64,000 nucleotides of DNA from Rickettsia typhi. GTDB taxonomy: Bacteria; Pseudomonadota; Alphaproteobacteria; Rickettsiales; Deianiraeaceae. The DNA is taken from assembly GCA_945881985.1 (NCBI GenBank), contig CAMCVL010000003.1, forward strand, positions 64,421 through 128,420. Direction: 5' to 3'. Shown here in pieces: positions 47,270-56,127 of this stretch. The number at the start of each line of letters is the position of its first letter. The first letter of the stretch is position 1. The notes below the pieces were generated by a model that was not told the origin of the DNA, made no database searches, and saw only the letters and a list, made by a program, of their open reading frames with translations. Both the position numbers and the translations under genes were made by a program.

Positions 47270-47989
47270 ATGTTAATATCCATATTTGGCGAAAAGCTTG
47301 GCACAACTGCCATGTTTAACACAAACAACGCTTACAAATGCGTTACATTGGTAAAGCTTTTTCCTGCAAAAGTTTGCGAGGTTAAAACAATTACTAAAAA
47401 CGGCTACAATGCTTTAAAAGTTGTCACTGGTTCTGTTGTAAAGTCCAAAAATGCTTCAAAACCACAAAAGGCATATCTTGAAAAACACGCTTTGCCTCTT
47501 CTTCGTAAGCAATACGAAATTCGCTTTAGTGCAAACGCATCTATTGATGGTGTCACAATAGGTAGCGAGCTTAACTCTCCTGCTGCGATAGAGTCCCTTG
47601 TTGGTGGACTTATTGATGTTGAAGGCACAACCCAAGGTAAAGGTTTTGCAGGACCTATGAAAAGACATGGATTTAAAGGTCTTGGTGCAAGTCACGGTGA
47701 GTCAGTTGCACACAGATCACATGGTTCCACAGGTAACAGGCAGGACCCAGGTAGAGTATTTAAAAACAAAAAAATGGCAGGTCATATGGGTCAGGTAAAA
47801 ACAACTATCAAAAATCTTAAAATTGTTGGCTACAACAAGGAAGATGGTATTTTGATTATTGAAGGCTCGGTTCCTGGCTCAATAGGTTCAAATGTTGTTA
47901 TCAAGAATGCATCAAACTTTAGAGCCAATGTCAACTACGGTCTTGTTAACGGGCTTGAAGTTTCGTCTTTAAAGTCTCAAAATGCTTAG
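47270..47989 (+). CDS. rplC: 50S ribosomal protein L3
   Basis: GKGFAGPMKRHGFKGLGASHGESVAHRSHGSTGNRQDPGRVFKNKKMAGHMG. Confidence 0.94.
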   Translation: MLISIFGEKLGTTAMFNTNNAYKCVTLVKLFPAKVCEVKTITKNGYNALKVVTGSVVKSKNASKPQKAYLEKHALPLLRKQYEIRFSANASIDGVTIGSELNSPAAIESLVGGLIDVEGTTQGKGFAGPMKRHGFKGLGASHGESVAHRSHGSTGNRQDPGRVFKNKKMAGHMGQVKTTIKNLKIVGYNKEDGILIIEGSVPGSIGSNVVIKNASNFRANVNYGLVNGLEVSSLKSQNA

Positions 47990-48023
47990 TGATTAAAATT
48001 TTTTATAGTTAGTATCTTTTATT

Positions 48024-48671
48024 ATGACAGTTTCTTTTGATGTGCTTAACATTGAGGCACAAAAAGTTGACACAATTAGTCTTGATCTTACCGGCAAAAC
48101 AATTGATCTAAACAAAGCTTTTATTAAAGACTACCTTTACAAACTTAGAATCAAATGGAGAGGTGAGAATAAATTTGCCCACACAAAAGGCATATCTCAA
48201 GTATCAGGTACAACAAAAAAACCTTACAAACAAAAAGGTACTGGTAATGCAAGACAAGGTTCCCTTAGGGCACCTCAATACCGTGGTGGTGGTATTATTT
48301 TTGGACCTTTAGCAGTTAAAAGAAAGGTCAACATTCAAAAATCCGAAACTGCACTGGCAAAAAAAATGCTTTTATCTTTTTTGATTAACTCACCAAGACT
48401 ATTAGTTGTTGACAGCATAGCTTTAAGTTCTCACAAAACAAAGCAAATTGTTAACTTTGCAACCAAGTCAATTGATGGTTTTAACATTGCAAAACCGCAA
48501 AAAACACTTTTAATTGCAAGTCAGGAAGAACTTAACGATAACATTTTGCTTTCAACAAGCAATCTGTTTTGGTTTGACATTAAAACTACAAGAGCACTTA
48601 CAGTTTGGTCTATGCTTTTTAACAAAAAGTTTGTCTTTACAAAAAAAGCATTGCTTGAAATTTTTGCTTAA
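48024..48671 (+). CDS. rplD: 50S ribosomal protein L4
   Basis: [31 protein letters not shown]. Confidence 0.93.
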   Translation: MTVSFDVLNIEAQKVDTISLDLTGKTIDLNKAFIKDYLYKLRIKWRGENKFAHTKGISQVSGTTKKPYKQKGTGNARQGSLRAPQYRGGGIIFGPLAVKRKVNIQKSETALAKKMLLSFLINSPRLLVVDSIALSSHKTKQIVNFATKSIDGFNIAKPQKTLLIASQEELNDNILLSTSNLFWFDIKTTRALTVWSMLFNKKFVFTKKALLEIFA

Positions 48672-48712
48672 TATTTTATATCTAAATGGATTATTTTTTT
48701 GCTATCTAATTT

Positions 48713-48997
48713 ATGTTTGTCAACTCATCGCACATTGTAAGAACAATCACAAGCGAAAAAACATTTAAGCTTCTTGAAAATGGCTTTTATAGTTTTATTG
48801 TTAATAAAAAACTTAATAAGCACCAAATAGCTGGAGCAATTCAAACTTTATTTGGGGTTAAGCCATTAAGTGTTAACACAATAAATACAAAACCTTATTC
48901 TAAGGGTTTTAAAGGTCAAAAAGGCACTATCGGTGCCATAAAAAAAGCCATAGTAAAAATGCCAGAGGGCTTTAAGCTTGATGCAGAAGCAAATTAA
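48713..48997 (+). CDS. rplW: 50S ribosomal protein L23
   Basis: ..IVRTITSEKT..YSFIVNKKLNKHQIAGAIQTLFGVKPLSVNT.. in the expected operon position. Confidence 0.9.
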   Translation: MFVNSSHIVRTITSEKTFKLLENGFYSFIVNKKLNKHQIAGAIQTLFGVKPLSVNTINTKPYSKGFKGQKGTIGAIKKAIVKMPEGFKLDAEAN

Positions 48998-49032
48998 TAA
49001 TTAAATATACTCATTTTATTGTTTTATAGTTT

Positions 49033-49863
49033 ATGGTTAATGTAGTTTTAAAAAGTTTTAAGCCCCGTACTCAAACGCTTAGAGGCACGATTTTAGTCTC
49101 GGCGAAAGGCTTGTCAAAAGTTAAACCTCACAAAGGCTTAACAAAAGGTCTTAACAAAAAATCTGGTAGAGACAACCACGGTCACATTTCCACAAGACAC
49201 AAGGGCGGCGGTGCAAAAAAACTCTACAGACAAATTGCCTTTAAAAGAGGTGTGTATAATGTAGAGGGCACAATTAAAACTATTGAGTACGACCCTAACA
49301 GAACTGCCTTTATATCCTTAGTTGAATATGCAAACGGCAAATACGAGTATATAATTACACCTCAGGATGTTGAAATTGGCGACAAAATATCTACAGCTGA
49401 GGATGCTACTTACCAAAACGGTGCATCAATGCCGCTTAAAAAAGTTCCAGTTGGTACAAATGTCTACAACATAGAGCTAAAACCGGGTGCAAAGGCAAAA
49501 CTTGTGCGTTCGGCAGGTGTTTGTGCTAAGATTGTATCAAGAGAGACTGACCATGTTAAAGTTCAACTTCCTTCGGGGGAGGTTAAGGAATTTAACCCTG
49601 ATTGCTTTGCTTCAATTGGATCGGTATCAAACCCTTTGAAGAAAAACGAGAAAATTGGTAAAGCTGGTCGTTCAAGATGGCTTGGTAAAAGACCTTCAGT
49701 TAGAGGTGTTGCAATGAACCCAGTTGACCACCCGCATGGTGGCGGTGAGGGTAAAAAATCAGGTGGTGGTTCATCTGGTAAGCATCCAGTTACACCTTGG
49801 GGTAAAAAAACCAAGGGTCTGAAAACAAGAAGAGTTAAACCTAGAGGCAGAAGCGTTAGATAA
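49033..49863 (+). CDS. rplB: 50S ribosomal protein L2
   Basis: GRDNHGHISTRHKGGG, RGVAMNPVDHPHGGGEGK. Confidence 0.95.
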   Translation: MVNVVLKSFKPRTQTLRGTILVSAKGLSKVKPHKGLTKGLNKKSGRDNHGHISTRHKGGGAKKLYRQIAFKRGVYNVEGTIKTIEYDPNRTAFISLVEYANGKYEYIITPQDVEIGDKISTAEDATYQNGASMPLKKVPVGTNVYNIELKPGAKAKLVRSAGVCAKIVSRETDHVKVQLPSGEVKEFNPDCFASIGSVSNPLKKNEKIGKAGRSRWLGKRPSVRGVAMNPVDHPHGGGEGKKSGGGSSGKHPVTPWGKKTKGLKTRRVKPRGRSVR

Positions 49864-49900
49864 TACACAAAATGCTTTTGCCACACGCTGCAATAAAGAT

Positions 49901-49930
49901 AAGACTCAACTAGTCAAGAGCCTTGTAAAA
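49901..49930 (-). repeat. IS1595-family element end motif, copy C (remnant about 40 nt after the rplB stop)
   Basis: The plus strand AAGACTCAACTAGTCAAGAGCCTTGTAAAA is the reverse complement of the copy A/B motif. Confidence 0.6.
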
Positions 49931-50253
49931 TTGATTCAATTCACTATAGCCTTTTAAAATTATAGTTCAGCTTTTATGTAATTAGCTTTGGATTTTAAAT
50001 TGTACTTGGTATGGACTTTTTCTAAATTACAGCTGGACATTTATTGAAATCAATAACACTAACAAACCAATATTGCAATCTAGGGTTTTAACATTTTTAC
50101 AAAGATTGGCACTGCGGACTTTTTACAGATAGAGATTTGACACTTTCTCTATTTTAGAACAAGTCCCTTGGTATTGCAACAAAAATATTGACATCTTTGT
50201 TAAAAAAAACAAAATGTATATTGTTATAAATAAAACATTGGTATTGTAAAATT

Positions 50254-51456
50254 ATGTCTATATTTTCTCAAAGAGTTTTAACTTTAAAGCCATCTGCAAC
50301 CATAGCCCTTACAACAAAGGCAAAACAGCTTAAGGCTGACGGCAAGGATGTTATTGTTTTGGGGGCGGGCGAGCCTGATTTTGACACTCCGCAAAACATT
50401 AAAGATTTTGCAAAAAAAGCAATAGATGCAGGCAAAACAAAATATACTCCAGTTGCCGGCACAAACGAGCTTAGACAGGCGGTTGTAAATAAGTTTAAAA
50501 GAGAGAACAACATTGACTACAAAATAAACGAGGTAATAGTTGGCACCGGCGCAAAGCAAGTTTTGTTTAATGTTTTAATGGCAACGGTTGAGGGGGGCGA
50601 TGAGGTAATTATTCCTGCCCCTTACTGGGTTAGCTACCCTGATATTGTAAGCCTGTTTGGCGGCACAAACATTTTTATTAAAACAAAAAAAGAGAACTCC
50701 TTTAAAGCAACCGCCGAGGAGATTGAAAATGCAATTTCATCAAAAACAAAATGGGTGATTTTAAACTCCCCATCAAATCCAAGCGGCGAGGTTTATACCA
50801 AAGAGGAGCTTGTTAAAATAGCTGAGGTTGCAAAAAAACACAAGCATGTTCACTTTTTGTGCGACGACATCTATGAGCATATCCTTTACAGTGGCAAGTT
50901 TTACACTCTTGCTGAGGTTGCTCCTGAGATTGCAGACAGGGTTTTTACTTTAAACGGGGTTTCAAAGTCCTACTCAATGACTGGCTGGCGTATAGGCTAC
51001 GGGGCTATAAAAAATGCTGAGCTTATTAAAATGCTTGATAATATTCAGTCGCAAAGTACATCAAACCCATCTTCAATATCGCAAGAGGCAGCACTTGAAG
51101 CCCTAAACGGCACCCAAGACTTTATCGCAAAAAACACTGCAATCTTTAAGGCAAGAAGGGACATGGTTGTTAGTTCCCTTAACGCAATTGATGGCATCTG
51201 GACATCGGTGCCAAATGGTGCGTTTTATGTGTTTTTTTCGGTAGAAGGCTTGCTTGGCAAAAAAACCTCTGATGGAACAACTATTAACAGCTGCATGGAT
51301 TTTACAAACTACTTGCTTGACAAATACCTTGTTGCCGGCGTGCCTGGCTCCGCCTTTGGATACGACAATTACATAAGAATCTCCTATGCCACAAGCGAGG
51401 CAGAGCTTACAACTGCAATGCAAAGAATCAAAGATGCTGTTGGTGCTTTGGTGTAA
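50254..51456 (+). CDS. aatA: Aspartate aminotransferase (class I, AatA type)
   Basis: LGAGEPDFDTP, NSPSNPSG, SKSYSMTGWRIGY. Confidence 0.9.
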   Translation: MSIFSQRVLTLKPSATIALTTKAKQLKADGKDVIVLGAGEPDFDTPQNIKDFAKKAIDAGKTKYTPVAGTNELRQAVVNKFKRENNIDYKINEVIVGTGAKQVLFNVLMATVEGGDEVIIPAPYWVSYPDIVSLFGGTNIFIKTKKENSFKATAEEIENAISSKTKWVILNSPSNPSGEVYTKEELVKIAEVAKKHKHVHFLCDDIYEHILYSGKFYTLAEVAPEIADRVFTLNGVSKSYSMTGWRIGYGAIKNAELIKMLDNIQSQSTSNPSSISQEAALEALNGTQDFIAKNTAIFKARRDMVVSSLNAIDGIWTSVPNGAFYVFFSVEGLLGKKTSDGTTINSCMDFTNYLLDKYLVAGVPGSAFGYDNYIRISYATSEAELTTAMQRIKDAVGALV

Positions 51457-51660
51457 TAGAAGTAGTGATATGAAGATAAACGGTAAATGCCTTGACATTT
51501 TTACTTTAGTGTTGCAGAGAAATCTGTATGGTAAAGATGGGATTGGTTGTTGTCAGTTGTTGATGTTTGGTGGTATCTTAAATAAAACAAATGGATTGTT
51601 AAAACATTTACTAACTATTGACAAACTAACAAATAAAATTAACAAATTAAATAGTTAGCC

Positions 51661-52488
51661 ATGAAGTATTCAGTGTTTAATACGGACATTTACTGCGGTG
51701 ATTGCCTAGATATCTTAAAAGAGATTGCTGACAATTCAGTCGATCTTATTGTAACATCCCCGCCTTATGCCGATCAAAGAAAGGCTACTTATGGTGGCAT
51801 AGATCCAGATAAATATATTGACTGGTTTATTCCAAGAGCAGAGGAGTTGTTTAGAGTTTTAAAACCAACTGGCTCTTTTATTTTAAATATCAAAGAGCGT
51901 GTTTACAACGGAGAAAGGCATACATATGTAATAGAGTTAATTTTAGAAATGAAAAAACAAGGTTGGTTATGGACTGAGGAATATATGTGGCATAAAAAAA
52001 ATTGTCATCCTGGAAAGTGGCCAAATAGATTTCGTGATTCTTGGGAGCGTTTATTGCATTTTACAAAACAAAAGCAATTCAAAATGTTTCAAGATAATGT
52101 TAAGGTACCGATTGGCGACTGGTCAAAGCAAAGATTAAAAAATTTAACTGAAAAAGATAAGATACGAAGTGAATCACAGGTAAACAGTGGTTTTGGTAAA
52201 AATATTTCTAACTGGTTAAATAAAGACACTGTATACCCAACGAATGTTCTTTATCTTGCTACAGAATGTAATAACAAAAATCATAGTGCAACATTTCCAG
52301 AAAGTTTACCGACTTGGTTTATAAATCTTTTTACGGAAGCAAATGATGTTGTTTTAGATCCGTTTGCTGGGAGTGGTACAACATTAATAGCTTCAAACAA
52401 GCTTAACAGAAGGTCTATTGGCATTGATATAAATAAAGAATATTACGACTTAATGATAAATAATTTTTTGATATATGATAAAAAATAG
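51661..52488 (+). CDS. Type II DNA methyltransferase, beta class (motif IV SPPY, so probably N4-cytosine)
   Basis: DLIVTSPPYADQ (motif IV) precedes the AdoMet motif DPFAGSGTT near the C-terminus. Confidence 0.85.
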   Translation: MKYSVFNTDIYCGDCLDILKEIADNSVDLIVTSPPYADQRKATYGGIDPDKYIDWFIPRAEELFRVLKPTGSFILNIKERVYNGERHTYVIELILEMKKQGWLWTEEYMWHKKNCHPGKWPNRFRDSWERLLHFTKQKQFKMFQDNVKVPIGDWSKQRLKNLTEKDKIRSESQVNSGFGKNISNWLNKDTVYPTNVLYLATECNNKNHSATFPESLPTWFINLFTEANDVVLDPFAGSGTTLIASNKLNRRSIGIDINKEYYDLMINNFLIYDKK

Positions 52489-53209
52489 TGAAATTGTAGC
52501 GTTTATAGAACAAAACATAAAATCTTTTCATGAATCAAGGCTTGCAAGTCTTCGTTCAATGAAAATTGAGAAGCTCTTAAGGCGTAAAAATCCCTATTTA
52601 TTCAGGTGTAAAAACATTCTACTTGCAGATGAGTTGGTAAAATTAATTTTAGAAGCTCACTTATCTTCTCAAGAAGAAACTATATTCGGTAATTTTCTTG
52701 AAGGTCTTGCTATTTTTATCAACCAAGCTGTCTACAAGGGGCAAAAATCTAGTGCAGAAGGTATTGATTTAGAATTCTTGCGTGATAATGTGAGGTATAT
52801 TGTATCAATTAAATCGGGGCCAAATTGGGGAAATAGTAGTCAAATAAACAAAATGAAAGATAATTTTGAAAAAGTAAAACGGATATTAAGAACCAGTGGC
52901 AGTAAAATTGATAACATCGTTGCCGTAAATGGATGTTGCTATGGAATTGATAACAATCCTGATAAAGGTGCTTATTTTAAGTACTGTGGGCAAGCTTTTT
53001 GGGAATTGATATCTGGTGAAATAGATCTTTACAAAAGAATTATAGAGCCACTTGGATACAAAGCAAAAGAAAGAAATGAAGAATTTAACAATGAGTACGC
53101 AAGAATTACAAACGAGCTTGTAAAAGGATTTATTTCAAAATTTTGCAATGATGGAAAAATTAATTGGGAACTTTTGATTGAATACAATTCAAAAAACAAG
53201 ATGACTTAA
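52475..53209 (+). CDS. Putative type II restriction endonuclease (partner of the adjacent methyltransferase)
   Basis: Its start overlaps the MTase stop by 14 nt. PD-(D/E)XK-like core AEGIDLEF...[14 protein letters not shown]. The specific family was not identified. Confidence 0.55.
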   Translation: MIKNSEIVAFIEQNIKSFHESRLASLRSMKIEKLLRRKNPYLFRCKNILLADELVKLILEAHLSSQEETIFGNFLEGLAIFINQAVYKGQKSSAEGIDLEFLRDNVRYIVSIKSGPNWGNSSQINKMKDNFEKVKRILRTSGSKIDNIVAVNGCCYGIDNNPDKGAYFKYCGQAFWELISGEIDLYKRIIEPLGYKAKERNEEFNNEYARITNELVKGFISKFCNDGKINWELLIEYNSKNKMT

Positions 53210-53241
53210 TCAGGTATATTGAATGTTCATTATATATATTT

Positions 53242-54012
53242 ATGCTAAAAATTGGTAAGTATTCTTTTAACTCTAGGCTTATTGTTGGCACGGGTAAGTA
53301 TAAAAGCCTTGAGGAGACCAAGCTTGCAACCGAGGCAAGCGGGGCGGAGATGGTGACTGTTGCGGTTAGAAGGGTAAATATTGAAGATAAAAATCAAGAG
53401 ATGCTTCAGGATTATCTTGACCCAAAAAAAATTACCTATCTGCCAAACACTGCAGGTTGCTTTACCGCAGATGATGCCGTGCGTACCTTAAGGCTTGCCC
53501 GTGATATAGGCGGGTGGAATCTTGTAAAACTTGAGGTTTTAAGTAATACAAAGACCCTCTACCCAGATACAGAGGCAACCTTGCTTGCTGCAAAAGCCTT
53601 AATTGCCGATGGCTTTGAGGTTATGGCTTATACAAACGACGACCCAATTACGGCAAAAAAACTTGAGGATTTAGGTTGTGTTGCAATCATGCCGCTTGGG
53701 GCGCCAATAGGCTCGGGGCTTGGGTTGCAAAACATTTTAAATATTCAGTTTATCATAGAACAATCCTCCGTGCCCGTTATTGTGGATGCTGGTGTTGGCA
53801 CTGCAAGTCATGCCGCAAAGGCAATGGAACTTGGCTGCGAGGGGGTTTTGATGAACTCCGCAATTGCCCTCTCTCAAAACCCAGTATTAATGGCACAGGC
53901 AATGAAGCACGCCATAATAGCAGGCCGCCACTGCTACGAGGCAGGCGTGATGCAGCAAAAGCAATATGCTCAGGCTTCCAGCCCTCTTAACAATGGCAAG
54001 TCTATTTTTTAA
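53242..54012 (+). CDS. thiG: Thiazole synthase
   Basis: LIVGTGKY.., TVAVRR.., LPNTAGC.., [25 protein letters not shown]. Confidence 0.93.
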   Translation: MLKIGKYSFNSRLIVGTGKYKSLEETKLATEASGAEMVTVAVRRVNIEDKNQEMLQDYLDPKKITYLPNTAGCFTADDAVRTLRLARDIGGWNLVKLEVLSNTKTLYPDTEATLLAAKALIADGFEVMAYTNDDPITAKKLEDLGCVAIMPLGAPIGSGLGLQNILNIQFIIEQSSVPVIVDAGVGTASHAAKAMELGCEGVLMNSAIALSQNPVLMAQAMKHAIIAGRHCYEAGVMQQKQYAQASSPLNNGKSIF

Positions 54013-54099
54013 CTTTTTTAACAGAGCATTTTACAACCTTAGCAAACTTGCTTTTAATATTCACCATTTTTCAATTACGCAATTTTGCACTTGCAAGTA

Positions 54100-54240
54100 C
54101 ACTTGTATTTTTGCCTCACTACATCCATCCCCCTAAAGTGAGATGGGGTAGGGAGGAGTTTTGTAGTTCTTTAGTTAAATGGGATAAGGAGGAAAGATGG
54201 AAATATCCCCAAGGGGAGAGGGGTAATGAGAGTTAGTATT
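54100..54240. repeat. GC-rich palindromic repeat units related to those at 14915-15200 and 38805-38829
   Basis: CCCTAAAGTGAGATGGGGTAGGGAGGAGTTTTGT and ATATCCCCAAGGGGAGAGGGG share cores (CCCC..TAAA..GGGGAGG, GGAGGAGTTTTGT) with the 15-kb cluster. CTAAAG..ATGGGGTA..AGG also occurs at 38805-38829. Confidence 0.45.
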
Positions 54241-54241
54241 T

Positions 54242-54270
54242 TACAAAGAATACTTGATAGCTGGAAGGGG
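54242..54270 (+). repeat. Degenerate fourth copy of the IS-end motif
   Basis: TACAAAGAATACTTGATAGCTGGAAGGGG is about 60-65% identical by eye to TACAAAGTAGGCTCTTGACTAGTTAAGAGG. Confidence 0.3.
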
Positions 54271-54307
54271 TATTATTTGCTTGGTCGTAATTTGCAAAAC
54301 AAAACAC

Positions 54308-54335
54308 TTTACAAAAAATAAAGTTATGATACAAT
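54308..54335 (+). promoter_or_regulatory. Candidate sigma-70 promoter for ssrA (TTTACA-N16-TACAAT)
   Basis: -35 at 54308-54313 and -10 at 54330-54335, immediately upstream of the predicted acceptor piece. Confidence 0.4.
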
Positions 54336-54336
54336 A

Positions 54337-54723
54337 TTTGCTATGATGGCGATAAGCATTAGATGTAAAAAAGTTGTTTGTCAAAATATCCTGCGTGGAC
54401 TCGGGGGCGGCTCCCGACACCTCCACCATTAAATATACGGGGGTGGGTTAGATTTTGACACGGGGTAAAGGGCAGGCATTCGCTAGGTCTTACATACAGC
54501 CTTAAGTATGTTAAAACGATAAATGGCACATTAGCTATTATTCTTGCTATGGTTGCTGGGATTTCTGCTTCTCTTAGAGGGGCGGCTTCTGTAAGAGTAA
54601 GACAAGTTCTTGCTTCTTTAGATGCTAGAATCCTTGCGGCTGCTTAGTTAGTCTTTTTAGACGCTTTGTAGTTCATAGCAAACAAGGGGTTTGCGGCACA
54701 CCTAGCAACAGAAGCCGCTTTTT
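54337..54723 (+). ncRNA. ssrA: Circularly permuted (two-piece) tmRNA gene
   Basis: T-arm TCGGG-GGCGGCT-CCCGA plus CACCTCC-A-CCA ends at 54428. GGGGGTG (54439-54445) pairs with it with a G3:U. GATTTTGACACGGGG resembles the conserved tmRNA 5' region. The tag frame ends ..DARILAAA-TAG (stop 54645-54647). Helix 54337-54346 pairs with 54673-54682, and an 11-bp helix 54582-54592 / 54708-54718 is followed by T5. Confidence 0.72.
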
Positions 54724-54745
54724 GTTAAATGTATTAAAAATAAAA

Positions 54746-56110
54746 ATGTTTAATAGCCCACAGGATGTGATTGACGATTTTGCAAAGGGCAAGATTGTTA
54801 TTGTTGCTGACAACGAAGACAGGGAAAACGAAGGCGACCTTGTTTTTGCAGGCGACTTTTGCACGGCGGAAAAAATCAACTTTATAATCACTCACGGCAA
54901 GGGGCTTGTTTGCATGCCAGTTACAAGCGATGTTGCTAAAAGATTAGGTTTTAAAAAGATGGTTGAAGATTTTCAAAATACCTCAAAGTTTGAAACTCCC
55001 TTTATGCTATCCATAGGGGCAAAAAAAGGCATAACAACAGGTATATCGGCTTTTGACAGAGCTTATACGATATCTCTTGCTGCAAAGGCGGGGTCTGTTG
55101 CTGAGGATTTTTCATCACCGGGGCATGTGTTTCCCTTGCTTGCAAAAGATGGTGGTTTAATGCAAAGAAACGGACACACAGAAGCCTGCACAGAGCTTTG
55201 CAAAGCAGCAGGGCTTGGCGGCGTTGCGGTGCTTTGCGAGATAATCAAAGAGGACGGCACAATGGCACGCAGGGACTATCTTTTTGAATTTGCAAAAAAA
55301 CATGGTCTAAAAATTACAAATATTGAGGCACTTAAAAACCACCTATATCCTCAATCTATAAAGTCTAATGATGCTACTACGCAGGATTTGTTAAACATAA
55401 AAAAACTTGATAAAATATACACTGGCAAGGCAAAGGATATATATGCCACAAGCGATGATAAATTTGTAATACAATATTTTAAAGACGATGTAACCGCAGG
55501 TAACGGTGCAAGGCACGAGGTTATTGAGGGCAAGGGTGTTGTAAATCTTGCAATATCAACCTTTATAATGAGTGGGCTTGCTGATTTTGGCGTTGCAAAT
55601 CACTTTGTTAAAAACCTAAGCAATAGAGAGCAATTAGTTAAAAAAATTAAAATCATTCCGCTTGAGGTTATTGTACGCAATATTGCATCCGGCTCTTTTG
55701 TAAAACGCTTTGGCACAAAGGATGGTTTTGTTTTTGATAAACCCTGTGTTGAGTTTTCGTACAAAGATGATTCCCTTGGCGACCCTGCAATATCAGAGGG
55801 GCAAATTGAGTCGCTTGGTATCGCAGCCCCATCGCAGATACATCAAATTAAATCAATAGCTTTAAGGGTTAATACCTATTTGCAATCAACCTTTGCAAAA
55901 GCAGGTATGCAGCTTGTGGACTTTAAAATTGAACTAGGCTTTGACGCATCCGGCAATATAATTTTAGCTGACGAAATAAGCCCTGATTCCTGCAGAATTT
56001 GGGACGCCAAAGATGGCAGAATTTTAGACAAGGATGTTTTTAGAAAAAACCTTGGCAATATCATGGACGCTTACACAGAAATTGCAAAAAGGTTTGGTCT
56101 TGATTTTTAA
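54746..56110 (+). CDS. Fusion protein: 3,4-dihydroxy-2-butanone-4-phosphate synthase (RibB) + SAICAR synthetase (PurC)
   Basis: N-terminal half GKIVIVADNEDRENEGDLVFAG..HGKGLVCMPV..GHVFPL..RNGHTEA is RibB. C-terminal half IYTGKAKDIYATSDD..FKDDVTAGNGARHEVIEGKG..IPLEVIVRNIASGSF..LVDFKIELGFD..ILADEISPDSCRIWD is PurC. It is one continuous frame. Confidence 0.85.
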   Translation: MFNSPQDVIDDFAKGKIVIVADNEDRENEGDLVFAGDFCTAEKINFIITHGKGLVCMPVTSDVAKRLGFKKMVEDFQNTSKFETPFMLSIGAKKGITTGISAFDRAYTISLAAKAGSVAEDFSSPGHVFPLLAKDGGLMQRNGHTEACTELCKAAGLGGVAVLCEIIKEDGTMARRDYLFEFAKKHGLKITNIEALKNHLYPQSIKSNDATTQDLLNIKKLDKIYTGKAKDIYATSDDKFVIQYFKDDVTAGNGARHEVIEGKGVVNLAISTFIMSGLADFGVANHFVKNLSNREQLVKKIKIIPLEVIVRNIASGSFVKRFGTKDGFVFDKPCVEFSYKDDSLGDPAISEGQIESLGIAAPSQIHQIKSIALRVNTYLQSTFAKAGMQLVDFKIELGFDASGNIILADEISPDSCRIWDAKDGRILDKDVFRKNLGNIMDAYTEIAKRFGLDF

Positions 56111-56127
56111 TATTTGTTTTTTGTGAT

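Noticed and set aside
51470-51658. 62-codon ORF ending 2 nt before the methyltransferase start, considered as an R-M controller (C) protein
   Set aside because: It has no helix-turn-helix pattern and is Cys/Leu-rich low-complexity sequence. It may be a leader peptide at most, and there is not enough evidence to annotate it.
54048-54429. ORFs 54048..54236 (+) and 54241..54429 (-)
   Set aside because: The first lies over the GC-rich repeat units, and the second is antisense to the tmRNA acceptor piece and its promoter. Neither has protein motifs.
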